From the NCBI GenBank assembly GCA_045120675.1, contig JBGVFB010000042.1, positions 5,493 through 69,492 of the forward strand: a stretch of 64,000 nucleotides of DNA. Reading direction: 5' to 3'. The notes beneath the pieces were generated by a model. That model had not been told where the DNA came from. It did not search any database and worked only from the letters and a program-made list of their open reading frames with translations. Of this stretch, positions 9,472 to 19,240 are shown one piece after another. A program made the position numbers and the translations under genes. Source of the stretch: Faecousia sp. Its GTDB lineage: Bacteria > Bacillota > Clostridia > Oscillospirales > Oscillospiraceae. The number at the start of each line of letters is the position of its first letter. The first letter of the stretch is position 1.

Positions 9472-11319
9472 ATGGCTGTACGAAAATCAACCGCAAATTA
9501 TGACATCATCGTTGCTGGCGGCGGTCTGGCGGGCCTCTTTGCCGCGATCGCGGCGGCAAGACAGGGTGCGAAGGTTGCAATTGTTCAAAGCCGGTCCATG
9601 TTCGGCGGCAATGCCAGCTCGGAAGTCAGAATGCACATCGTCGGCGCGGACTGCCATGCATCCAAGGATGACATGCGTGAAACCGGCCTGCTGGAGGAGC
9701 TGCTTCTGGAGAACAAGAAGCGCAACCCCTATGCCTCCTTTCCTGTTTTTGATACGATCATGTGGGAGATGGCATACAAGCAGGAGCATTTGACCACTTA
9801 CCTGAATACCACGGTGCAGGATGTGGTGATGGACGGAAAGAACATCCGCAGCATCATCTGCTATCAGGCCACCACGGAAACGGAGCTTCACCTTTCTGCC
9901 GAGGTCTTTGTGGATGCTACCGGCCACGGCACCATGGGAGTGCTGGCCGGCGCTGCCTACCGCATCGGCACGGAAAGCAAATACGAATTCTCCGAACCTT
10001 CCGCACCGGAAATCGGCAATGACCATTGCATGGGTGACTCCCTGCTGTTTTCCGCGCGAGACATGGGCGAGCCGGTGAAATTCATTGCACCCGATTGGGC
10101 CTATCATTTCTCCGAGGAGGATTTGGCCATCCGTCCCCATACCTCCCGCATGGTGTTCAATGCCAGCGATGGAAGTGTCTATTCTGAGAAGAAAGCCGGC
10201 AGCCGTCAGCTGCCTGACTATTACGATTCTACCTCCGGCTACTGGTGGATCGAGGTCACAGGACACGGAGATGAGATGACCCGTGACAGCGAACTGATCC
10301 GCGACAAGCTGATCCGCTGCGTCTACGGTGTCTGGGATCATCTGAAAAATGTGGGTGACCACGGTGTGGAAAACTACGATCTGGACTGGGTCGGCATCGT
10401 TCCCGGTCATCGGGAAAGCCGCCGGCTGGAAGGCCCCTATGTGCTGACGGAAAATGACATCCGCGCCAACCGTGTTTTCCCCGACGCGGTTGCTTACGGC
10501 GGCTGGCCCATGGATGTGCACTGTGACGGCGGCATCTTCTCGAAGCAGCCCAGCGTGGCGGTCAGCTTCGAAGGCAGCTACACCATCCCCTACCGGTGCT
10601 TCTACAGCCGCAACATCGGCAACCTGATGATGGCCGGCAGAGACATTTCCACCTCCAAAATGGCCTTCAGCTCCACCAGAGTCATGGGTACCTGTGCCGT
10701 GGGCGGTCAGGCGGTGGGTACAGCCGCCGCGCTGGCCATTCAGCACGGCTGCACCGTGGCGGACGTGGGCAAAGACCACATAAAAGAGCTGCAGCAGACC
10801 CTGCTGAAAAACGACTGCTTCATCCCCGGCTTCCGCAATGAAGATGATCTGGACCTGGCCCGTACCGCTGCCATTTCTGCCGACAGCGAAACGGAAAAGG
10901 GCTGCGCTGCAAATGTCATCAACGGCATCTCCCGCTCCACCGAGGAAGGCAGCAACTGCTGGATCTCGAACTCCTTGCAGAACGGCCCTGCAACCTTGAC
11001 CCTGAAGCTGCCGGAGGAGAAAGCGCTCTCCCAGCTGCGCATCACCTTCGACTCCAATTTGAGCAAGAGCATCATGCCCTCCATCACCCGCAAGGCTATG
11101 GAGCATCAGGTAAAGACTCTGCCCAGAGAACTGGTGAAGGATTATGATGTACAGTTCCTGCGCCAGGGCAGCGTGGTGCTGGAAAAGAGCATCCGCGGCA
11201 ACGGCCAGCGCCTGAACATCCATAAGCTGGACGGTCTGTGCTGCGACGAAGTGCGCATCACCGTGCGGGAAACCTACGGCCACGATGCCGCACGGATTTA
11301 CGAAGTCAGACTTTACTAA
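9472..11319 (+). CDS. FAD-dependent oxidoreductase (PF12831-like) with a C-terminal beta-sandwich domain
   Basis: VAGGGLAG, FGGNASSE, VDATGHG, RESRRLEG, MDVH, IPYRCFY, RVMGTC. Confidence 0.85.
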   Translation: MAVRKSTANYDIIVAGGGLAGLFAAIAAARQGAKVAIVQSRSMFGGNASSEVRMHIVGADCHASKDDMRETGLLEELLLENKKRNPYASFPVFDTIMWEMAYKQEHLTTYLNTTVQDVVMDGKNIRSIICYQATTETELHLSAEVFVDATGHGTMGVLAGAAYRIGTESKYEFSEPSAPEIGNDHCMGDSLLFSARDMGEPVKFIAPDWAYHFSEEDLAIRPHTSRMVFNASDGSVYSEKKAGSRQLPDYYDSTSGYWWIEVTGHGDEMTRDSELIRDKLIRCVYGVWDHLKNVGDHGVENYDLDWVGIVPGHRESRRLEGPYVLTENDIRANRVFPDAVAYGGWPMDVHCDGGIFSKQPSVAVSFEGSYTIPYRCFYSRNIGNLMMAGRDISTSKMAFSSTRVMGTCAVGGQAVGTAAALAIQHGCTVADVGKDHIKELQQTLLKNDCFIPGFRNEDDLDLARTAAISADSETEKGCAANVINGISRSTEEGSNCWISNSLQNGPATLTLKLPEEKALSQLRITFDSNLSKSIMPSITRKAMEHQVKTLPRELVKDYDVQFLRQGSVVLEKSIRGNGQRLNIHKLDGLCCDEVRITVRETYGHDAARIYEVRLY

Positions 11320-11340
11320 AAAACGTAAGAGGTTATCAAT

Positions 11341-12642
11341 ATGGAAAGTGTACAGTATTCAAAGGCGATTCCGGTATACAAGCATTATGACGTGGTGGTA
11401 TGCGGTGCAGGCCCTGCCGGTATCTGCGCGGCGGTTGCAGCAGCGCGGCATGGCGCAAAGGTTGCCCTGCTGGAGCGGTACGGCACCGTCGGCGGCTGCC
11501 TGACGCTGGGCTATGTGGCACCGGTGGCGGGCATGGTGGGCAAGGGAACCATGCGTCAGGAGGTCTGTGACCTGCTGGGTGTCGGTGACAACGATGCCTA
11601 TGCCTGGAAGGGCTACTGCCATGACATGCAGAAGGCAAAGACCGTCCTGACGGAATTTGTGGATCACGAGAATATCGATGTTTATCTGCAGACCATGGTG
11701 GCGGATGCATGGATGGATGGCGATACCATCCGCGGCGTTGTGATCTCCACCAAGGAAGGTCTGAAGATCATCTCCGGCTCCGTGGTCATCGATGCCACCG
11801 GCGACGGTGACGTGGCAGAATTTGCGGGCTGTATCATTGAAAAGGGCCGTGAGGATGGCCTGATGCAGCCGGTTACGCTGGAATTCCTCGTGGATAACGT
11901 GGAAGAGGACGGCATCATCTGCATCGGCGACATCAGCGATGTGCAGCTGCATGGCAAGCGATTCCTGGATTGGTGCAAAGAGCAGAGTGAAAAGGGTCTG
12001 ATTCCCAAGAATGCCGCAGCAGTCCGCATGTGTCCCACCGTAAACAAGGGCGAGCGCCACTTCAATACCACGCAGGTCAACGGCATCGACAGCACCAAGG
12101 TGGAAGACCTGTTCAAGGCAGAGCTGGAGCTGCGCCGCCAGATCGATACGCTGGTGGACTTCTTCCAGAAGTATCTGCCCGGCTATGAAAACTGCAAATA
12201 CACCGGCTCCGGCATCACACTGGGTGTCCGTGAAAGCCGCCGCGTTGTGGGTGAGTATTACATCACCGCGGAAGAACTGGTGGTCGGCAAGCGTTTTGAG
12301 GATGTCATCGTCCACAAAGCCGAATTCCTTGTGGATATCCATAATCCCACCGGCCCCGGTCAGGCAGAGAAGAAGATCCAGTACTGCGAGCCCTATGACC
12401 TGCCCTACGGCTGCTTCGTTCCGAAGAAGGTCGATGGCCTGTTTACGGCCGGCCGCTGCATTTCCGGTACCCACCGCGCCCATGCTTCCTACCGTGTCAT
12501 GTCCATCTGTATGGCCATGGGTCAGGCAGTCGGTGTTGCCGCTGCCATGTGCGCCCAGCAGGGCTGCACCCCCCGTCAGCTGAACGTCAAGGATCTGCAG
12601 AAGGAACTGACGGCCCTGGGCATCGAACTGTTCGACGAATGA
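11341..12642 (+). CDS. FAD-dependent oxidoreductase (PF12831-like)
   Basis: GAGPAG, IDATGDGD, MQPVT, GVRESRR, VDIHNP, GRCIS, SYRVM. Confidence 0.88.
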   Translation: MESVQYSKAIPVYKHYDVVVCGAGPAGICAAVAAARHGAKVALLERYGTVGGCLTLGYVAPVAGMVGKGTMRQEVCDLLGVGDNDAYAWKGYCHDMQKAKTVLTEFVDHENIDVYLQTMVADAWMDGDTIRGVVISTKEGLKIISGSVVIDATGDGDVAEFAGCIIEKGREDGLMQPVTLEFLVDNVEEDGIICIGDISDVQLHGKRFLDWCKEQSEKGLIPKNAAAVRMCPTVNKGERHFNTTQVNGIDSTKVEDLFKAELELRRQIDTLVDFFQKYLPGYENCKYTGSGITLGVRESRRVVGEYYITAEELVVGKRFEDVIVHKAEFLVDIHNPTGPGQAEKKIQYCEPYDLPYGCFVPKKVDGLFTAGRCISGTHRAHASYRVMSICMAMGQAVGVAAAMCAQQGCTPRQLNVKDLQKELTALGIELFDE

Positions 12643-12658
12643 AAGTGAGGATATAGAA

Positions 12659-13426
12659 ATGAGTATTTTGCAGAAATTCCGTATGGATGGCAAGAAGGCC
12701 ATCGTCACCGGCGGCGCTCGCGGCATCGGCCGCGCAACGGCACTGGCTTTCGCAGAAGCCGGCGCAGATGTGACCGTTCTGGATATCCGTGACACCTCCG
12801 AAACCGAAGCCATGATCCGCGATCTGGGTGTCAAAGCCTATGGCATCCAGTGTGACCTGACCAAGGAAGATGAAGTGAATGCCGCTTTTGCAAAGGCAGC
12901 GGAATACATGGGCGGCATCGACATTGCCCACGTCAACGCTGGCATCGCCATGTGCGAAAAGGCGGAGGATATGACCTTCCAGCAGTGGAGAACCGTCATG
13001 GCCATCGATCTGGATGCAGTGTTCCTGTGTGCCCGCGCCGTGGGCCGCATCATGATCGGCAGCGGTAAGCCCGGCGCCATCGTTTGCACCGGTTCCATGT
13101 CCGGCATGGTGGTCAACACCCCCCAGGAGCAGTGCGCCTATAATGCTGCCAAGGCCGGTGTCATCCAGCTGACCAGATCTCTCGCCTGTGAGTGGGCAAA
13201 GCACGGCATCCGTGTCAATTCCGTCAGCCCCGGATATGTCTGCACGGATATGACCCCCGCAACCACGGACGCAGAGTGGCAGCGCATCTGGTTCTCCATG
13301 TGCCCGACCAAGCGCATGGCAAATACCGAAGAAATCGCAGCTGCTGTTCTGTATCTGGCCAGCGACGCAGCATCCTACACCACCGGCAGCAATCTGGTGG
13401 TTGATGGCGGCTATACCTGCTATTAA
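12659..13426 (+). CDS. SDR oxidoreductase (polyol dehydrogenase/ketose reductase-like)
   Basis: TGGARGIG, NAG, SMSG..VNTPQEQ, YNAAK, VNSVSPGY. Confidence 0.9.
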   Translation: MSILQKFRMDGKKAIVTGGARGIGRATALAFAEAGADVTVLDIRDTSETEAMIRDLGVKAYGIQCDLTKEDEVNAAFAKAAEYMGGIDIAHVNAGIAMCEKAEDMTFQQWRTVMAIDLDAVFLCARAVGRIMIGSGKPGAIVCTGSMSGMVVNTPQEQCAYNAAKAGVIQLTRSLACEWAKHGIRVNSVSPGYVCTDMTPATTDAEWQRIWFSMCPTKRMANTEEIAAAVLYLASDAASYTTGSNLVVDGGYTCY

Positions 13427-13443
13427 TAAGGAGGACATTTCCT

Positions 13444-14328
13444 ATGTTGATGAATATGAACGAGATTCTGAAGGTCGCGGACGCAAATCATTTTGCGGTT
13501 CCCGCCTTCAATATTGGCACCGGTGTCATTCTGAATGGTGTCATGGACACCTGTGAGAAGCTGAATGCGCCTGTCATTCTGGCTATCCACCCCAAGGAAC
13601 TGGCATTCATGGGCGATAGCTTTATTGAGATGTGCAAGGACCGTGCGAACAAATCCCACATCCCTGTGTGCATCCATCTGGACCACAGTGACTTCTTGCC
13701 CATCACCAGAGCCATCCGCACCGGCTTCACCTCGGTTATGATCGACGCTTCCCATCTGTCTTTTGAAGAAAACATTGCCATCACCAAGAAGGTCTGCGAG
13801 CTGGCACATCCTCTGGGTGTTTCTGTCGAAGCGGAGCTGGGTACCATCGGCGCGCTGGAAAACAATATGGAAGGCGGCGGTGAGATCATCTACACCAACC
13901 CCGAGGATGCAGTGCGTTTCGTTCAGGAGACCGGTTGTGACACCCTGGCCATCGCCATCGGCACTTCTCACGGTCTGTATCCCGCCGGCATGAAGCCCGA
14001 GCTGAAGCAGGATCTGCTTTCCGAGATCAAGTCCAAGGTTTCTGTGCCTCTGGTGCTGCACGGCGGTTCCGGCAACAAGGATTCCGAAATTGCGGAAGCC
14101 GTCAAGCGCGGCATCAGCAAGATCAACATCTCCTCCGACATCAAGGCTGCGCTCTATGGCCAGCTGCGCAAGACTCTGGAAAATCCCAAGCTGCGTGAGC
14201 CCTTCGACCTGTATCCCGAAAGTGTTGCCGCTATGAACGAAGTGGTGGAGGAAAAGGTCCGCCTGTTCTTCGCGGACAACAAGGCTGGACTCTATCGGCT
14301 GGATAATCTGGCAGCGGAGCGGGCGTAA
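13444..14328 (+). CDS. Class II ketose-bisphosphate aldolase
   Basis: AVPAFN, HLDH, VMIDAS, EAELG, GTSHG, LVLHGGSG, KINISSD. Confidence 0.92.
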   Translation: MLMNMNEILKVADANHFAVPAFNIGTGVILNGVMDTCEKLNAPVILAIHPKELAFMGDSFIEMCKDRANKSHIPVCIHLDHSDFLPITRAIRTGFTSVMIDASHLSFEENIAITKKVCELAHPLGVSVEAELGTIGALENNMEGGGEIIYTNPEDAVRFVQETGCDTLAIAIGTSHGLYPAGMKPELKQDLLSEIKSKVSVPLVLHGGSGNKDSEIAEAVKRGISKINISSDIKAALYGQLRKTLENPKLREPFDLYPESVAAMNEVVEEKVRLFFADNKAGLYRLDNLAAERA

Positions 14329-14329
14329 A

Positions 14330-15673
14330 ATGGGTCAGTATATTGACCGTTATGCTGATTATTTGGACAAACTGCAGGAAGAAATTTCCGGCGGGCCGAA
14401 GGGTAGACCTTTGGTTGGATTTTGCAGCAATGCAGATGTGGTTTTATCGTGGGATGCGGCTGTCTACAATCAAATCCTTCAAAAGTATCTGCAGGCCCAG
14501 CCCGATCAGGGACGCGGCGAGCAGATCGCATCCATGGAGGATTTTGCGCGAATCTCCAGCTGGTACATCACCCAGGGACTCGGCGGCAATATGGATATTT
14601 CCAACGCGCAGGTTTGCGAGGAATTGCTGGCATCGTTCCGTACGGAGCCGGCGCTGGGCGGAACCGGCGCGCAGGCAGCTGCAGCCTTGGGCGCCATCGG
14701 AATCCCTGCAGACGTGCATTTGACTGACCGCAGCAAGCCCGTTTGCGCTATGCTGGGCGGAAGCGGCATCATGATGATCGAAAACGGGGCAAGAATTCCC
14801 GTGGAAGATTGTCAGGATCAGGCATCGCCGGTCTACCACTTCATTTTGCAGTTCCGGAAGGACGATATCATCGAAGTGGGCGGCAAGCAATTCCGGATTC
14901 CCTGTTCCAACCGGCTGATTCTGTTCTATGACCCGATTCACAGGAATCTTCCCATCGCGGCGGATTATTGCCGCTACTACGAAAATGCATCTCAGAATCT
15001 GACATCGTACCTGCTGTCCGGATTCGATGCTGTGGTGGATACTTCTGTGATCGAAGAAAGACTCGAAATGCTGTCTAGCCATATTGCAAGGGTCAAAGAA
15101 AGAAATCCGCAGATGGTCTGCTATCTGGAAGGTGCTTTTTACCTGAATCCGGAAGTCAAATCCAGAGTAATGCATCAGCTGGGTGCGCTGGCAGATGTGG
15201 TCGGTATGAACGAAGAGGAACTGGCGGAAGCGGTTGCGGAGTTCGGACAGACGATCGATCTGGATGACGCAGCGCAGGTGCTGGACGGCATCAAGCTGTA
15301 TCGGAAGCACTTCGGCCTGCGCGGCATCGTCCTGCACACGAAGGACTATGCTCTGTATGATGGAAAGCCCTTGACCGGCGTCGACATGGAACAGGGTCTG
15401 ACCCTTGGAAATCTCATGGCGGCCACGCGTGCCAGAACGGGACGGTACGGCACATGGCAGGACTGTGCGGACAGTCTGGCACTGCCCTTAAGTGAACGGG
15501 GCAAAGCCTTTGTGAAGAAGTTTACGGAGCAGGCCGGACAGGACGAAGATGCGGTTCCGGTTGTGGTCCCCTCGCGCTACATTGAGCATCCCCGCTATAC
15601 CATTGGTCTGGGTGACACCTTTACCGCAGGTGTTCAGATTTGCTTCTGGTCAGCACAGATGTCAGAACTATAA
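14330..15673 (+). CDS. ADP-dependent glucokinase/phosphofructokinase family sugar kinase
   Basis: SNADV, LGGTGAQ, NRLIL, LLSG, GMNEEEL (NxxE), LHT, TIGLGD anion hole; 447 aa. Confidence 0.8.
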   Translation: MGQYIDRYADYLDKLQEEISGGPKGRPLVGFCSNADVVLSWDAAVYNQILQKYLQAQPDQGRGEQIASMEDFARISSWYITQGLGGNMDISNAQVCEELLASFRTEPALGGTGAQAAAALGAIGIPADVHLTDRSKPVCAMLGGSGIMMIENGARIPVEDCQDQASPVYHFILQFRKDDIIEVGGKQFRIPCSNRLILFYDPIHRNLPIAADYCRYYENASQNLTSYLLSGFDAVVDTSVIEERLEMLSSHIARVKERNPQMVCYLEGAFYLNPEVKSRVMHQLGALADVVGMNEEELAEAVAEFGQTIDLDDAAQVLDGIKLYRKHFGLRGIVLHTKDYALYDGKPLTGVDMEQGLTLGNLMAATRARTGRYGTWQDCADSLALPLSERGKAFVKKFTEQAGQDEDAVPVVVPSRYIEHPRYTIGLGDTFTAGVQICFWSAQMSEL

Positions 15674-15678
15674 TATGT

Positions 15679-15714
15679 GCCCCGGTTCAAAAGAACCGGG
15701 GCGCTTTTTCTTTT
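15679..15714 (+). terminator. Intrinsic terminator
   Basis: GCCCCGGTTC-AAAA-GAACCGGGGC plus T tract. Confidence 0.75.
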
Positions 15715-15727
15715 ATGGAACGAAGGC

Positions 15728-16432
15728 TCAGGGTTTTCTGGCCACCACGAACCATGTGGTGCCGTGATTGCTGTCCTCCAGAAGCCGGTCGGCGCAGGAC
15801 TCGACGATGAAGCCTGATTGCCGCAGCAGATCGCAGATGGTTGCCGGATCGTGGACGGTCTCCCGGATGTTCTCCTCGAATTGCAGCGCTCCGTTTTCAA
15901 AGACGCGGACCTTCAGATTCACCTGATTGCGCTCCGGCTGGGTCATCTGAAACCAGACCCGCACGGTTTCGCTGAAATCCATCTCAAATGGCTCGCTGGT
16001 GGAGACTTCGTTTTCGTTGAGAATATCGAAAATAAAGTAGCCGCCGGAGGCAGTGTAGCGGTACACATTCCGGAAAATCTGCGCCACATGGGGAAGCTCG
16101 CGGATGTGATTCAGAGCATCGCCGGTGCAGGTGACCAGATCATACTGCGCATCGGGACAGAAGGTGATCATATCGGCCACTTCATAGGAAATTTCGGGAT
16201 TTCCCTGCCGTGCGATGTCGATCATGCCGGAGGAAAAATCCATACCGGCGGCGCGGATGCCGCTGCTGTGCAGAATCTCGCACAGGATGCCGGTGCCGCA
16301 GCCTAAGTCCATGCAGGTTTTCGGCGCAATGCCGCGGCGCTGCAGCCACAGAAGCAGCTGCTGACCGAAAATTTCCGGATAGTAATTCCATCCGAATTCA
16401 TTATAGACTTTGCAGAACACATCGCTGTACAT
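15728..16432 (-). CDS. Class I SAM-dependent methyltransferase
   Basis: MDLGCGTG, GMDFSSGM, DALNH. Confidence 0.88.
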   Translation of the reverse strand: MYSDVFCKVYNEFGWNYYPEIFGQQLLLWLQRRGIAPKTCMDLGCGTGILCEILHSSGIRAAGMDFSSGMIDIARQGNPEISYEVADMITFCPDAQYDLVTCTGDALNHIRELPHVAQIFRNVYRYTASGGYFIFDILNENEVSTSEPFEMDFSETVRVWFQMTQPERNQVNLKVRVFENGALQFEENIRETVHDPATICDLLRQSGFIVESCADRLLEDSNHGTTWFVVARKP

Positions 16433-16601
16433 GGCAGGCCCTCCTTACGGCATTTTCCGAAGTATCTATCCGGATTATAGCACCGATCGGAGGATTTGAA
16501 AACAAAAAAGTCTTTCTTCATGGATTCTGCGGCGGTATCTCTTGACACGGTGGCGGTCTGTCCGATAAAATAAAACCACAATGCAGGTGGAGGATTACTT
16601 C

Positions 16602-17816
16602 GTGAACGAAAGAGGAAGCAATCATCAGTTACTCAAACAGAATAACAACAGTCTTGTGAAACGGTATATTTACCGGAACAGCCCCATTTCCCGTGTGGAA
16701 ATTGCCCAGCGGCTGGGACTTACCACGGCCACCATCACCGGCATGGTCCATCCTATGATCAACGCGGGTCTTCTGCGGGAAACAGCGGCACCGGCGGAGG
16801 AAACCAAGGGCGCAGGCCGTCCCCGTGTGATGCTGGAGTTTATTCCGGAGGCACACTATATCTGCGGTGTGGACACGGGCCCCTACCGGACCAATTATAT
16901 CGTAACGGATCTGCTGGGCCAGACCATCGCAGTCCGCCATACGGAACAGCCTCTGGATGAGTATCATGTGACGCTGGAGCGCCTTTCCCGGGAGATTCCG
17001 GATTTCCTTGCGGAAGCGGGGATTCCGAGGGAGAAACTGCTGGGTGTGGGAATCTGCCTGCCGGGCATGATTGACGGCAGTGCGGACAAAATTTACGATA
17101 CGTTCCATGACGGATGGACGGAGCATAGCCTTTCCGCAGAGCTGGGACAGCGGCTGGGACTGAAGGTGGAAGTCGAAAATAACGTTCGGGCCAGAGCGAT
17201 TGGCACCGATCTTTTTGACCGTATGGTCAAAGCGGAGCCCTTTGCCTATTTCTTTGTTTCCTTCGGTGTGGCCTGCCAGATGATCATTGACGGCAAGCCC
17301 CTTTACGGCCAATCGGCGGCAGCGGGTGAAATCGGTCATACCGTGGTGCAGCGCAACGGTCCGGTGTGTCCCACCTGCGGCAACAGAGGCTGTCTGGAGG
17401 CTCTGACCGGTGAACGCGCCATTTTGAAGCAATGCCGGAAGATCATGACCACGGATACACCCACTGTGCTGAAGGAGCTGTGTCCGGATCCCCAAAAATT
17501 GACCATGGATCAGGTTCTGACTGCGCAGTCCATAGGGGATCAGGCGGTAAATCAGGTGATTGACGATGCCATTGAATATCTGGGCATCGCGCTGGCCAAT
17601 ACCATCAACCTGATCAGTCCTCGCGCGGTGGTGCTGGAAGGCCGGATCCTGTGCGCACCAAAGAATCAGGAAAGCATGCTGCGGATCGTGGAGCAGTACA
17701 TGTTCCATATCCATGCCGGCAATATCGACTTTACTTTTTTGCCTTACGACCCGGATCGGGGTGCAAGAGCTGCCGCGGCTGTGGTTGTAAAGGAATTTTT
17801 AAGCAACAGCATTTGA
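16602..17816 (+). CDS. ROK-family transcriptional regulator
   Basis: HTH SPISRVEIAQ, GAGRP, AGEIGH, Zn motif CPTCGNRGCLE; GGAGG RBS before GTG; TTGACA-18-TAAAAT upstream. Confidence 0.92.
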   Translation: MNERGSNHQLLKQNNNSLVKRYIYRNSPISRVEIAQRLGLTTATITGMVHPMINAGLLRETAAPAEETKGAGRPRVMLEFIPEAHYICGVDTGPYRTNYIVTDLLGQTIAVRHTEQPLDEYHVTLERLSREIPDFLAEAGIPREKLLGVGICLPGMIDGSADKIYDTFHDGWTEHSLSAELGQRLGLKVEVENNVRARAIGTDLFDRMVKAEPFAYFFVSFGVACQMIIDGKPLYGQSAAAGEIGHTVVQRNGPVCPTCGNRGCLEALTGERAILKQCRKIMTTDTPTVLKELCPDPQKLTMDQVLTAQSIGDQAVNQVIDDAIEYLGIALANTINLISPRAVVLEGRILCAPKNQESMLRIVEQYMFHIHAGNIDFTFLPYDPDRGARAAAAVVVKEFLSNSI

Positions 17817-17824
17817 TTTTTTCG

Positions 17825-17854
17825 AAAACCGTCCTGCACCCGCAGGACGGTTTT
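17825..17854 (+). terminator. Intrinsic terminator
   Basis: AAAACCGTCCTGC...GCAGGACGGTTTT. Confidence 0.7.
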
Positions 17855-17936
17855 GGAATTTTATACAAATGAAAACGATTCAATTTGAGGAAAATACCAA
17901 ATTTTTTGTAACGGGTCTTTCCGGTTTCGTTTTTTG

Positions 17937-17965
17937 TTGACACGTACCCATTGTGCGAGTAAAAT
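17937..17965 (+). promoter_or_regulatory. sigmaA promoter of the aldolase-NagA operon
   Basis: TTGACA-17-TAAAAT. Confidence 0.7.
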
Positions 17966-18019
17966 GAGAATGCAAAGAGAGCTGACGTGGATTTTTCATC
18001 GTCAGTTTTTTATGGGGAT

Positions 18020-18042
18020 ATTAATTAAATGATTTAATTAAT
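18020..18042. promoter_or_regulatory. Candidate ROK operator
   Basis: Perfect 23-bp palindrome ATTAATTAAAT-G-ATTTAATTAAT between promoter and RBS. Confidence 0.6.
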
Positions 18043-18063
18043 TATTACAAGGAGGATAAAATC

Positions 18064-19221
18064 ATGCCCTTAGTTCCGATGAGAGCCATTCTGGAGGCTA
18101 CCGAAAAGTATAATTATGCACAGGGTGCATTCAACGTCAATGCTGTTGCACAGGCAAAGGCTGTTATTGAAGTTCACGAAATGTTCCGCTCCGCTGCCAT
18201 TATTCAGGGCGCAGACCTGGCCAATGCCTTCATGGGCGGCCGCGCTGATTTCGCCAACGGCACGCTGGAGGACAAGAAGGTCGGTGCCAACAACATCGCC
18301 AACGCAGTCAAGAAGTACGGCGAGAACAGCTCCATTCCCGTTGCCCTGCATCTGGACCACGGCAAGTCCATCGAGGCATGTCTGGCTGCTATGGACGGCG
18401 GCTACACCTCCGTTATGATCGACGGCTCCCATTTGCCCTTCGAGCAGAACATCGAACTGACTCGTGAAGTGGTCAAGCTGGCCCATGAGCGCGGCGTCAC
18501 CGTCGAAGGTGAGCTGGGTGTTCTGGCCGGTGTGGAAGACCATGTCTTCTCCGAAACCTCCACCTATACCAATCCTCTGGATGCTGTGGAATTTGTCCGC
18601 AAGACCGGCTGTGATGCTCTGGCTATTTCCTACGGCACCAAGCACGGTGCAAACAAGGGTGCCGGCGCTAAGATCCGCAAGGAAATCGCCATCGCCACCA
18701 AGGAGTGCCTGCGTCATGAAGGCCTGTTCTGCGCACTGGTTTCCCACGGTTCTTCCACCGTTCCCCAGTACATCGTCAAGGAAATCAACGAGCTGGGCGG
18801 CACCATCACCAATGCCCACGGCATCTCCAAGGAGCAGCTGAAGGAAGTTTCCAAGCTGGGCATCGCCAAGATCAATGTCGACACCGACATCCGTCTGGCT
18901 GTTACCCGCAATATGCGTGAGCTGTTCTGGTACAACCCCGAACTGAAGGAGCATGAGTCCATCGCTCCCATCTGGAAGCTGCTGGAGAGCAAGACTTCCG
19001 ACTTTGACCCCCGTGTTTTCCTGCCCCCCATCATGGACACCGTCATGTACGGCAACATTCCCAACGAGGACGTTGCAAAGGTCATCGACTGTGTCGAGCG
19101 CGGCGTGAAGGAAGCTGTCGGTACCTTGATCGTGGAATTCGACTCCTTCGGCAAGGCTCCTCTGGTGGAGCTGGTCACTCTGGACGAGATGGCAGACCGC
19201 TACAAGAAGGCCGGCATCTAA
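18064..19221 (+). CDS. Class II fructose-bisphosphate aldolase paralogue
   Basis: GAFN, HLDHG, VMIDGS, EGELG, GTKHG, SHGSS, KINVDTD, FDPR. Confidence 0.92.
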   Translation: MPLVPMRAILEATEKYNYAQGAFNVNAVAQAKAVIEVHEMFRSAAIIQGADLANAFMGGRADFANGTLEDKKVGANNIANAVKKYGENSSIPVALHLDHGKSIEACLAAMDGGYTSVMIDGSHLPFEQNIELTREVVKLAHERGVTVEGELGVLAGVEDHVFSETSTYTNPLDAVEFVRKTGCDALAISYGTKHGANKGAGAKIRKEIAIATKECLRHEGLFCALVSHGSSTVPQYIVKEINELGGTITNAHGISKEQLKEVSKLGIAKINVDTDIRLAVTRNMRELFWYNPELKEHESIAPIWKLLESKTSDFDPRVFLPPIMDTVMYGNIPNEDVAKVIDCVERGVKEAVGTLIVEFDSFGKAPLVELVTLDEMADRYKKAGI

Positions 19222-19240
19222 GACTTAAAGGAGAATCACA

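Noticed and set aside
17870-17883. cre-like site TGAAAACGATTCA
   Set aside because: One base short of the CcpA consensus spacing; unsupported.
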